From NCBI GenBank assembly GCA_965240325.2, contig OZ251240.1, positions 1,178,001 through 1,242,000 on the forward strand: a DNA stretch of 64,000 nt, given 5' to 3'. Both the position numbers and the translations under genes were made by a program. Of this stretch, positions 9,429-19,900 are shown piece by piece. Every line of letters starts with the position of its first letter. The first letter of the stretch is position 1. Below the pieces are notes generated by a model. It worked only from the letters and a program-made list of their open reading frames with translations. It made no database searches and was not told where the DNA came from. Source of the DNA: Rebecca billardiae RCC1528 (Eukaryota > Protista > Haptophyta).

Positions 9429-11936
9429 TCACTTGTGCGAGATGCGCGCGTTCGCGCCCGCCGCGCTGGCGGGTGCGTTGCCGCCGTCCGTGCGCGTGCC
9501 GAGCGCGGCGGCGTCCGGCGCGGGCTTGGGCGGCGCGCCCGTCTCAAGCTCGCTCTCAGCGACGCCGCCGTCGTCCGCCACCTGTGCGAGCACCTGGTGG
9601 ACGAACGCCGCGTCCTCGCCGAGCCGCGCGGCGCGGAACGTCGAGTGCGGCGCGTACAGCCCCTTCTTGCGCATGATCGAGTACGCCTCGGGGTTCGCGA
9701 CGATCGTCGCGAGCAGCCCGAGCCGGAGGTCGGCGGCCATCGACTCGAGTCTGGGCTCATATAAGACGTCGGCGAGCGTGCGCGCGATCGCGTCGACGAG
9801 CAGCGCTCGCGCCAGCCGCTCGGGGCGCTCCCGCTTGCGCCGCTGCCGCGCGAGCCAGTCGCGCGCCTTCTCCTGCACGTGCGCGGCCGCGACGTTCTCG
9901 GTCGCCACCTGCGTCCGCCCGATCCGCAGGATCCGCAGCAGCACATACGCGCGCATGCGCAGCGTGGGTCGTCCGGAGCGCGCGCCAGCCGGGGTCCCCT
10001 CCGCGCGCTCGCGCTCGAGCGCGCTCGCCGCGCGCGCCGTCGCCTCGAGGTACTTGTCGAGCAGCACGGCGATCACCACGTTGCTCATCACGATCGTCGA
10101 GATGAACGTGTACGCGACGAAGAAGAGCTTCGGCGCGTAGTCGGGCACGCTGTGCGCGGCGGAGGCAGTGTCCCCGTAGATTTCGGCCTCGTGCCGAGCG
10201 TCCTCCGCAGCCGCGGACACCTGCCGCGCCATCCCGGACCAGTTGTCGCCGGTCATCGCCTGCCACAGCGTGAACATCGACTTTGCAAAGTTGCCGAACA
10301 GCTGCGGCGCCATCCCGCCGAAGAAGTCCACGGCGATCACGGCGAAGATCGCCATGAGTAATCCGAGCACTACAAACGTGTTGGCGACGCCGGGCATCGA
10401 CGCGAGCGCACCCTCGATAATGACCTGCGAATGGCGGGCGGGCGGGGCGGCGTCGAGGCGCGCGCAGTGCATGGGGTCAGGGTGCGCGCGCGCCGCGCCA
10501 ACGCCGCGCGCCGCCACCGGGCCCGCGCGCGCGCGCGAGAGAGAGGCAGCTGGCTCGAGCCGGCCTGCGCGCGCGCGTGCCGCGCGCCGCCGCGGCGCGC
10601 GCGCCGCGCGCCGCTGCGGTCGCGCCGCGCGCCGCTGCGCTGCACACACCCGAAGCGACTGCACGCGCTTGAAGAGGCGGAAGACGCGGAAGGCGCGGAA
10701 GAGGCGCAGCACGCCCACGCCGGGCAGCCCGCTCGCCTTCTGCGCGACCCACGAGATCGTCACGATGATCACGTCGAACACATTCTGCATGGCGTGGCGC
10801 CGCGCGGCGGCGACGGCAGGGGTGTCGTCACGACCAGTAGGTGAGTGGGCGTGCGCGCGCGCGGCGCCGCGCGGCGCGGCGCGTTGAGCGGCGGCGCGTG
10901 GCGCGGCGCGCGGCGCGCGCGGGTGCGCGCGCGCACGCACCCACGGCGAGCGCCAGAACGCCCTGAACCAGTGCGCGTACGCGTTGAGCGCAAGCTCGGT
11001 GGTGAAGGCGATGTTGAACGCTAACTCCGTTCTCCAGAACGCTTCGAAGAGCGCCGTGCCCGGCTGCGGCCGCAGCTGCGCCTCGAGGGCGGAGGCGATG
11101 AAGTTGCCGAAGATGAGGAGGGCGACGGTGACCTGCGCCTCGGGCGTCGCGTACGCCAGCCGCGCCGCCTGCTGGTACGGCGCGGGCGGCAGCTTCGCCC
11201 ACGCCGCGAGCGCGCGGCCAGACGCAGTGCGCGCGCCGCGCCCGGCGGCGCGAAGGCCCTCAGCCGCCAGCTCGACCGAGTTGCGCCGGCGCATCGCGGC
11301 GGAGCGGGCGGCGCGGCGCCGGCTGCCAGAGTGCTCGATGTCGTGCATCGAGCCCGCCCGCTCGCGCCCGCCCGCGGACGCGCGCTCGCCCGGGCCGTTC
11401 CACGTCCAGAGCGTTTGGTCGATGCGCATGCGCTCGTGTGCGATCTTGGCCGTGCGCTGGATGCGGCGCGTCGCGGCGATGGCGGCGTCGGAGAGGCTGC
11501 TGCGCCGGCGCACGGGCGGCGTGTCGCGCTCGAACTGCCGCGCCGCGCGGCTCGCGCGCATCATCTCCACCACGCGCGCGCGCATCACGTCGGCCGCCGA
11601 CGGCGCCGCCTCGACCTCCTCTGGGCCAGGGTCATCCGTTTCGACGTCCGAGTTGGGCTCGGTGATGCGGCCGAAGCTGAGGTCGTCGCCGAGCTCGGCG
11701 ATGTCGCCGTCGGACAGGTCGTCCGTCACGCCCTCGGCCAGATCGTTCGCGGAGCGCCGCGTCGACCGCCTCGAGCCGATGCCCGAGCGATCGACCGGCG
11801 TGGTCGTTCCGTTCGACCGACCGCCGCGCACGCGCGCGAGCACGCCCTCGGCGCTGCCGCGCGGCGTGTGCAGGCCGACGGGGATCTCTCCCTCGCCACG
11901 CGAGTGCCGCCGGGCCGCCATCACCACCGCCGCCAT
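9429..11936 (-). CDS. Single-domain 6TM voltage-gated Na+/Ca2+ channel (EukCat/BacNav-like); introns 10425-10649 and 10785-10940
   Basis: S1 LIFGNFIASALEAQ, S2 FTTELALN, S3 PW|NVFDVIIV, S4 LRLFRAFRVFRLFKR, S5, pore MFTLWQAMTGDNWS, S6 FFVAYTFISTIVMSNVVIAVLLD. Both introns are GT..AG and in frame (225 and 156 bp). Start codon uncertain. Confidence 0.9.
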   Translation of the reverse strand: MAAVVMAARRHSRGEGEIPVGLHTPRGSAEGVLARVRGGRSNGTTTPVDRSGIGSRRSTRRSANDLAEGVTDDLSDGDIAELGDDLSFGRITEPNSDVETDDPGPEEVEAAPSAADVMRARVVEMMRASRAARQFERDTPPVRRRSSLSDAAIAATRRIQRTAKIAHERMRIDQTLWTWNGPGERASAGGRERAGSMHDIEHSGSRRRAARSAAMRRRNSVELAAEGLRAAGRGARTASGRALAAWAKLPPAPYQQAARLAYATPEAQVTVALLIFGNFIASALEAQLRPQPGTALFEAFWRTELAFNIAFTTELALNAYAHWFRAFWRSPWVRARAHPRAPRAAPRAAAQRAAPRGAARAHAHSPTGRDDTPAVAAARRHAMQNVFDVIIVTISWVAQKASGLPGVGVLRLFRAFRVFRLFKRVQSLRVCAAQRRAARPQRRAARAPRRRAARARAGRLEPAASLSRARAGPVAARGVGAARAHPDPMHCARLDAAPPARHSQVIIEGALASMPGVANTFVVLGLLMAIFAVIAVDFFGGMAPQLFGNFAKSMFTLWQAMTGDNWSGMARQVSAAAEDARHEAEIYGDTASAAHSVPDYAPKLFFVAYTFISTIVMSNVVIAVLLDKYLEATARAASALERERAEGTPAGARSGRPTLRMRAYVLLRILRIGRTQVATENVAAAHVQEKARDWLARQRRKRERPERLARALLVDAIARTLADVLYEPRLESMAADLRLGLLATIVANPEAYSIMRKKGLYAPHSTFRAARLGEDAAFVHQVLAQVADDGGVAESELETGAPPKPAPDAAALGTRTDGGNAPASAAGANARISHK

Positions 11937-12398
11937 GCTGCCGCCGAGCTCCCGCGCCCGCGCGCGTGGAGCGCGTGCGCTGGGGCGCCCTAGATCTGGC
12001 GCAGGGCCGGATCGCTCGTGATGCCCCGCGTGTGTCCTTGGCTGGTCACTTGGTGACCGCACCCGCACGGCAAACATCACTACAGAAATGCTCATAGATT
12101 CCCCTGCAAGATGCGATCGAGCTTGTTATGATAACCCAAGTTTACCCGGCGGCGCTCATCACTCTCTGTCCGGAGGGATGGCGCACCCGGACCGGCTTGC
12201 TCGCGAGGGCCTCGCCGGCCTCGCCGTCTCCCCCGGCGACGCTTTCGCCCGGTCGCGCTCGCACGCACGACGACGACGCCCATCCTCGCCGCGGCGCTCG
12301 CGGTAGCCGCCGGCCTCCCGTCGGCGGCGTGCCTGCTCCCACGCGCGCCACTCCCTCGACGCCCCGCCGCCCTGCGGCCCCTCGGCCCCGCGGTCCGG

Positions 12399-15300
12399 AT
12401 GGCGTCGCATTCGAGCGGCGCGAGTGATGTGAGCGATGCCGAGGGCGACGCGCGCGGCGCCGCGGCGCGCGCGCGGCCGTCGTGGCTGCCGTCGCCCGCG
12501 TACGTGGTGCGCCGCGCGGCGCTGGAGCTCGGCATCGTGCTCCTCTTCTTCAAGCACGCCGTGCTCAGCATGCCCGCGCAGGCGCCCGCGCCGCCGCGCT
12601 GGCTCGGCTGGCTCTCGGAGCTGTGGGTCGTGTTGAGGCTGGAGCGCGCGCGCCGCATCGACGTCCTCGACGCAGGCGGCGAGGAGGCGCTCGCGCGCGA
12701 GCCAGAGCGGCTGTTCCGCAAGCCGCTGCCCCACCTCAAGCAGCTCTCCCAGCTCCGCGCGCTCCTCCGCCCCGGCGGCCGCGCGCGCGGCGCCGGCGCT
12801 GTCGATGGCTCGATGGGCGGCGGCGGCGGCGGCGGCGGCATGGCGGATGCAGAGGTGCCCATCCTGCGCGAGCTCGTGCTGATCGGCGGCGGGCACGCGC
12901 ACGTGCACGTGCTGCGCATGTGGGGCATGCGCCCGCTCCCCGGCGTGCGCCTCACGCTCGTCTCGCGCGACGTCGAAAGCCCCTACTCCGGCATGCTGCC
13001 TGGGCACGTTGCGGGTGCGCGCGTGCGCGGCCGCGCGGCCGCGCGGCCGCAGTGAGTGGACCGGCGTGCGCGGCGGCGGCACGCGTGCGCGTGCGCGTGC
13101 TGGCGCGTGCGCGCGCTCGCGCCGTGTCAGGGCGCGCAGAGCAGCGCGGGGCCGCGGGCCCGGCCCGCTCACCCGCTCCTCACGCCCCACCTAACCCTAC
13201 CCTACCCCCGCCCGGCACGGCTGGCTGCCTCCGCGCCTGCACCGCCGGCGCCGCGCCGCGCGCGGCCCACGCCCCGTGCAATACAATAAACCTGCGCTCC
13301 TTGTGAAATGCACAGGCCAGTACACACGCGACGAGTGCCACATCGACGTTGTCAAGCTGGGCGCGTTTGCTGGCGCACGCTTTGTGCACGCGGAGGCGAC
13401 GGGCGTGGACGTGGCCGCGCGCCGCGTGCACCTGTCGGGCGGGCGGCCGCCGCTGCGGTACGACGTGCTCTCGATCAACATCGGGTGCACGCCGCGGCTG
13501 CTCGGCGCGGAGTCCGGCTACGATCGGCTGCAGCGCGAGGCCGCCGCCGCCGCGGCGCGCGGCGGCGCGCCGCCGGCCGGCGGCGGCGGCGATGGCGCGC
13601 CGGGTGCGGGCGGCGGCGCCTCGCCCGCGGCTGAGGCGGGCGGCGGTGCCGCGGCGGCGCCGCCCGACGACGGCGTGACGCCGGTCAAGCCGATCGACGG
13701 CTTCGGCCGCCGGTGGGACGCGCTGGTCGAGCGTGTCGTCGCGGGCGCGCAGCGGCGCGCCGGCGCGGCCGTTGCTCGGCGCGGCGCGCCGTCGCCCGCG
13801 CGCATCGCCATCGTTGGAGGCGGCGGCGGCGGCGTCGAGCTCGCGCTCGCCGTGCGCGCGCGGCTGCACGCGGAGCTGGAGTCCGCCGGCGTCGTCCGCC
13901 CCGCCGACGCGGTGCGCGTGTGCCTCGTCTCGCGCTCCGCGCAGCTCATGCCCTCGCACTCGCCGGCCGTGCGCGCCGTGATCACGCGCGCGCTCGCAGC
14001 GCGCTCCATTGAGGTTCGTACCGGCTGTGACGTGACGGCGATCGAGATCGAGCCCGCGGCGGCGGGCGCGGGCGGCGGCGCGGCGCGGCGCGTGCTCGTG
14101 TGCGCGGACGGCACGCGCGTGCCGTACGACGACGCCGTGTGGTGCACGCAGGGCGCGCCGCAGGCGTGGCTCGCCGCCTCCGGCCTCGCGCGCGACGCCG
14201 ACGGATTTTTGTCTGTCGACCAATTCCTCCGCGTGTCAGGCCGTGCGGACGTGTTCGCCGCGGGCGACTGCGCGTCGGTGCTGGGGCACCCGCGGCCGAA
14301 GGCGGGGGTCTTCGCCGTGCGGATGGGGATGCCGCTCGCGCACAACCTGCGCGCCGCGCTCGAGGGCGCGCCGCTCACGCCGTACACACCCCAGAGCTCC
14401 TTCCTCGGCCTCGTGGGAACGGGCGATGGTGACTGCGTCGCGTCGCGCGGCGAGCTGGCGCTGCAGGGCCCGTGGCTGTGGCAGCTGAAGGACTGGATCG
14501 ACCGGAAGTGGATGTGGGACTACACGGCGGGGCTGCCGAGCATGGAGGCGATGGGCGCGCGCCTCGACCCGCACCACGCCGCCGGCGCGCGCGCCGCGCC
14601 CAGCGCCGCGCAGCGCGTCGCGGCAACTTCCGGTGCTGAGGCGGTGGAGCTCTTAGCGAAGGCACCGATGCGGTGCGGCGGGTGCGGCGCCAAGGTGGGC
14701 TCGACGGTGCTCGGCCGCGCGATGGCGCGGATCGACGCGCCCACGCGGCCGGAGCTGCTCGTGGGCACGGACGCGCCGGACGACTGCGCGGTCATCCAGG
14801 TGAGCGCTCTGCAGGCCGCGCGCCCGCCGCGCCCGCTGCCGGCCGTTCGCGTCGGCGCGCCGCGTTCGCGCGCTCGGCGCCGCCAGCCGCCGCCAGCCCG
14901 CTCCCGCCGCTGCGCGCGTGCGCTCCGCCGCTCACGGCGGTGCGCGGCGCGCGGGCCTCGCAGGAGGACGACGGCTCGGTCAGCGTGCACTCCGTCGACT
15001 ACTTCCGCGCCTTCATCGACGACCCGTTTCTTCTCGGGCGAGTCGCGGCGGTTCACGCGCTCTCGGATGTGCACGCGATGGGCGCGGAGCCAGTGCTCGC
15101 GCTCGCGACGGTGACGCTGCCGCTGGCGGTGGAGGCGGTGGCGGAGGAGGACCTGGTGCAGCTCATGGCGGGCGCGTGCGCCGCGCTCGAGGAGGACGGC
15201 TGCGCGCTCGGCGGCGGGCACACGTGCGAGGTGCGCGCGCGCGCGGTCCAGCCTGCGCGGAGGGAGCAAGCGGAGCGCGCGTGCGCGCACTCGCGCGCGC

Positions 15301-16480
15301 GTGCGCGCGCGTCGCGGCGGCGCGCGCCTACCCACCGCCGCGCGCCGCCGAGCCGAGCGGGCCGGCCGCCTCACCCGGCGGTCCGCCCGCCCACCGTGCC
15401 CGCTCACCCGCGCGCTTCCACCCGCGCCGCCCACCCGTGCCCGCGCCGTGTGCCCGCGGCCTGTGCCCGCGCCGCCGGCCGCGCCGCCGGCCGCGCCGCC
15501 GGCCGCGCCGCCGGCCGCGCGCTGCGTGGCCGCCCCCGTGTGTGCACGCAGGGCAAGGAGATGGGCGTGGGCTTCACCGTGACCGGCCGCGCGCTCTCGC
15601 CCGTCACCCTGCTCCGGAAGGCGGGGATGCGCTCGACCCAGGCGCTCATCCTGACCAAACCGCTCGGCACGGGCGTTCTCTTTGCCGCGCACATGCGACA
15701 CCGCGCACGCGGCCGCTGGGTAAGTGGCGCACTGCATCAGATGATCTCATCCAACGGCCGCGCCGCTTCGGTGCTGCTGCGGCACGAGGCGTCGGCGTGC
15801 ACGGACGTGACGGGCTTCGGGCTGTGCGGCCACCTGCTCGAGCTGTGCCGCGCGTCCAACGTCGGAGCCACAATCCAGCTCGACGCCGTCCCGATGCTAG
15901 ACGGTGTGCGCGGCGCGCGGCGCGCGGCGCGCGGCGCGCGGCGTGCGGCGCGCGGCGCGCGGCGCGCGGCGGACCGGCCGCCTCTCAGGGCATCGTGAGG
16001 GCGCGCGGCCGCGGCAGTCTCGCGCACGCAGTCGGGCAGTGCGCAGACGGCGCGGTCGCCTCTCAGGCGCGAGGCCACGCCGCCCCGACCGCCGTGGCCG
16101 CGCGCCGTCACGCGCCGTCTCGCGCGCGCTCTCACGATCGTCCCTGCGATCGCGCGCGCGCCCGCCCGCCTCTCCCGCGCGCCGTCCGCGCGCGCGCGCC
16201 AGGCGCGGTCGAGTGCGTGCGCGAGGGCATCTTCTCCTCGCTCGCGCCGGCCAACATGCGGCTGCGGCGCGGGCTGGCGAGCGCGCGCACGTCCGAGCCC
16301 GCGTTCGCGCTGCTCTTCGACCCGCAGACGGCGGGCGGGCTGCTTGCCTCCGTGCCGCGCGCGCAGGCGGAGCAGTGCGTCGCAGAGCTGCGCGCGGCGG
16401 GGTACGCGCACGCCGCCGTCATCGGCGAGGTCGAGCCGAGCCCGGGCGACGACGACACGGCGCGCGTCCTGTGCGAGTGA
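12399..16480 (+). CDS. selD: Selenide,water dikinase fused to an N-terminal FAD-dependent pyridine nucleotide-disulfide oxidoreductase domain; introns 13015-13315, 14800-14963, 15231-15551, 15904-16202
   Basis: [44 protein letters not shown] (NDH-2-like); [63 protein letters not shown] (SelD). All four introns restore the frame. Confidence 0.93.
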
Positions 16481-16789
16481 TGGATCAGTTGATGCAAGGC
16501 GAGCGTGACCCAGACCGCGCCGCGTGTCCGGGCTCCTTCCTCACGTTGATGTCGGAGCTTGGATGACCGATGACAGCGTGTCAGGCAACAGCACAGAACA
16601 TATGAGCGCTGCACATTGTGCGCAGTGATCCATCATGGCAGCAGCAGTGGGCAGTCGTGGTCATCACTCAGCAGTGGTCATATGCGCTCTTCGCGTCGGC
16701 TCACGCGGACGGAGGTCGTCGCGGACTCTGTATGTCTGCACCACGTATATTAATCCGTATATACGATACGCTGTCGACTGCTCCGAGTT

Positions 16790-16936
16790 GCACCGACAGC
16801 ACCGACGTGCGCGCCACCAGCACCGTGATCGCGATGGGCCCACGCGGGCGTCAGTCGTCAGCCGTCGTCTCGATCGAAGTAACTAGTCGGCGTGTGCAGT
16901 GACCCCGGAGGCGCGAGCGACGCGCCCCCGGGCACA
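16790..16936 (-). mobile_element. Degenerate relic of the CRE-like LINE 3' region
   Basis: GTCGTCAGCCGTCGTCTCGA...GCCCCCGGGC is colinear with the reverse complement of ~47610-47735, with small insertions. Confidence 0.5.
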
Positions 16937-16997
16937 TGATCGATAATAATCGTCGTCATCAATATGATGAATGATGCGGCGCCGACGATATGACGCC

Positions 16998-19900
16998 TCA
17001 CTCATAGTCGACGTCATCCGCCATCTGCGACGCCGAGACTGACGGCGGCGGCGGCGGCTGCGAATGAGGTGCCAGCTGCTGGCGACTACGGCTCCTTTCT
17101 GTCGCCCGCCGCTGCACCCAGCTCCCCCGTCGGCTGCCACCGCTCGCAGACGATGCCGACCAGGCGGTGCGCAAGCCGCCGACGAGGCTCCGGGAAGAAG
17201 AGCGGCGCCGACCACCCGTGCTGCTCCTCACAAGGAGCTGCTCAAGAAGCTGTACCAGCTCGGCCGCGCTCACCGCCTCGTGCCGGCCGCCACGAAGCGC
17301 AATCGCCATCGGTCCGAACACGCGTTGGTCCATCTCGGCCGTGCGGAGTGACTGCGCGTGATGAGGGTGGTGCACAGGCGCAGTCGTGTCCAATCACGTC
17401 AGTGCGAGAGCTCGGCGCGGGCGCCCGCGTGATTGAGGCGCTGGCAGGGAGGAGGGGGCGAGGCAACCTCCGAGCCGGAGCGATCGCACAGGGGTGCCGC
17501 GCCCGGGCTGGCATGCGCGGCGCGCTGCGCGGGCGCACACCTGAGGCGCCGACCATCGGATTGCGCGGAAGTCGGAGCTCTCCTCGCTCGCTGGGTCATC
17601 CAGTAACATCGTGACGACTCTGCCAGGCGAGAAGCCAGCGCCGTCCTCGAGCGCGCTCGTGAGGCTCCGCTCAAGGGCGCGGTCGCGCACCCACGTCACG
17701 AGAAATCGATCGGCGTGGGCCGCAGCTGCTGGGCCGGCGTCAGCGCCCTCCTCGGCGGTCGAGCCAGCGCCGCGTGCGCCGCTGGCCTCGCGATGGTCCC
17801 AGCTGGTGCGCGGCAGGGGGGTGAGCAGGCTGAGGTCGGCACCGAGGCCGTCGGTGATCTCTGCGAGGGGGTACACCCGACCTGCCTGCAGTGGCTCTCC
17901 CTGTGCGCGGTACGAGCGAGCGCGGTCGTGCGCAGGGGCGCGCACACGACGAGCAGCAGGGCGCGCCCAAATGAGCTGAGGTCTCGCACGGGCAGGGGTC
18001 TCACGTGGCGCTGCTGTCGTCTTGGACTCGTGGGCAGCGTGCGGGTGGCGGCGCTCATGGACGCGCACACCTGATGCGGGCCGCCACCCTCTGCGGCAGC
18101 TGGCAGAGCGAACACCCGCAGCGAGTCAACGTCGACTGCGGCGCTCTGAACCATCGCACCGCGCTCGGCTGGAGCAATGCCGGCCGCGGCGACGCCCGGC
18201 GCGTCCGCTGCCCCCGGAGGCTGGGGCGCGTCGTCGCTCGCGTCAGCAGCGAGCGCGCGCACGGCAGCGACACTCGGCAGGATGACCCCGAACCCAAACG
18301 TGTCTGCCTGCAGCAGCAGCAGCAGCAGGGGCCGCTGGGCACGCCCGCCAGCGGCGGGAGTCTCGGGGGCGGCATCTGCGCCGCAGTCGACGCTCGACGC
18401 AGCCTCGTCAGCGCGGTGCTCGCCCGCAGGCGCGCCCGCAGCGTGCGGCGCCAGCAGGGCAGAGCGCCCGCCACTGCCGAGTCGAATGACGACGCGGCCG
18501 TCCTCCGCGCCTGCGCCGCCCACGCCGCTGCGTAGCGCGCGCACGGCGAGCAGCTTGTGGGCGCGCAGCAGGCTGGCCCACGGCGCGCCTGCGGCGATCT
18601 CCGGCGGCGCGCTTGGGTCCGGCCGCCGCTCGAGGCCCAGCCGCACAGTCAGCTGCGCGGTGGCACTCGCGGCGGCCGGCGGCGCGCCTGCCTCCACCAC
18701 ACCGGCGTCCTCCGCGGCACCGACGACTGCCGCGCTGCGCATGGCGCGTGGCCCGCGCCGCCGCCCACCGCCCGCCTCGGCCTCAGCGGGCGAGGGCGGC
18801 GGCGGCACGAGCACGCCCGCTGCGCGCAGCCTGTCGCACATCTCGAGCAGCGTCAGCTCGAGGTAGCGTCTCTCGCGGTACCAGGGTATGGGCGGGAGGG
18901 CCAGGAGCGCGGAGCCCGCCGAGCCGCCGCCCGCGGGCGCAAGCGCGCGCGCGCGCGCGAGCGGGTCGCCGAAGAGCGCGGGCGCAAGCGCTGCGCAGCG
19001 CTCGTCACCGCAGCGTTCGCACTCGGCGCGCAGCGCGGCGACCGCCGCGCCGCCGTGCAGCCTGGACGCCTCGCAGACCACAACGAACGGCTTGTTCGCC
19101 TCGAACGTGGCGAGCAGCTCACGTCGGCAGTTGAAGCTCGAGAAGAAGCCGGACGAGACGAAGAAGACGACGGCCGCGGACTCGGCGACAAGGCGCTCGA
19201 GGCTGCCAATGTCCGTCAGGTCATCCACGTCCAGGAACGTGCGCAGCTCAGGCCCGACCGCCTCTGCCAGCTTGGCCTTCACTGCGCGCGCCTGGTCCTG
19301 CCCAGTCCGCCACACCTGCGTGGCGGCGCGCGGCGGCGGCAGCGAGAATAAGGGCGAGGGCGGGTGGGGAGGCGAGGCGCTTGGCTGAGCAGGGAGCAGA
19401 GGCGGCGGCCGCCCGTCCACGTGCGCGCGAGAGCGGGGCAGGCGCGCGTGGCGGGGCGCGTACATGCGAGACAAACACGTGGTAGCGGTGCTGGCGGTGC
19501 TTTGCGCGCCCGAGGGGGGCAGCTGTCACGCGCTCGCCGGTGCGCACGTCACGCAGCACGCGCTGCGCGCGCTCGAGCCTCAGCTCGGTGATAAGCAGCG
19601 GCGCGCCCGCGCCGAGCACGAGCCCAAACGCCAGGCAGAGGAACAGCCCGAGCGGCTCCTCGAGCGGGTTTGTCTCCCAGCCGTGCAGCGCCTGCACCTG
19701 CGTCGAGAGGTGCGCCACCAGCGCGCCGATCAGCGTGAAGGCGAGGGCGACGTGCGCGAGCAGCGAGGCCAGATGGGGCGCCGCGCCCTCGAGCGGGCGC
19801 ACGTGCGAGACGAGGAGCGCGTAGCACGTCTGCACGCCGATGGCGAAGAGCAGCTGCGCGACGACGACATACGACTCAGACGCGCTCGCGCTCGCTGGCC

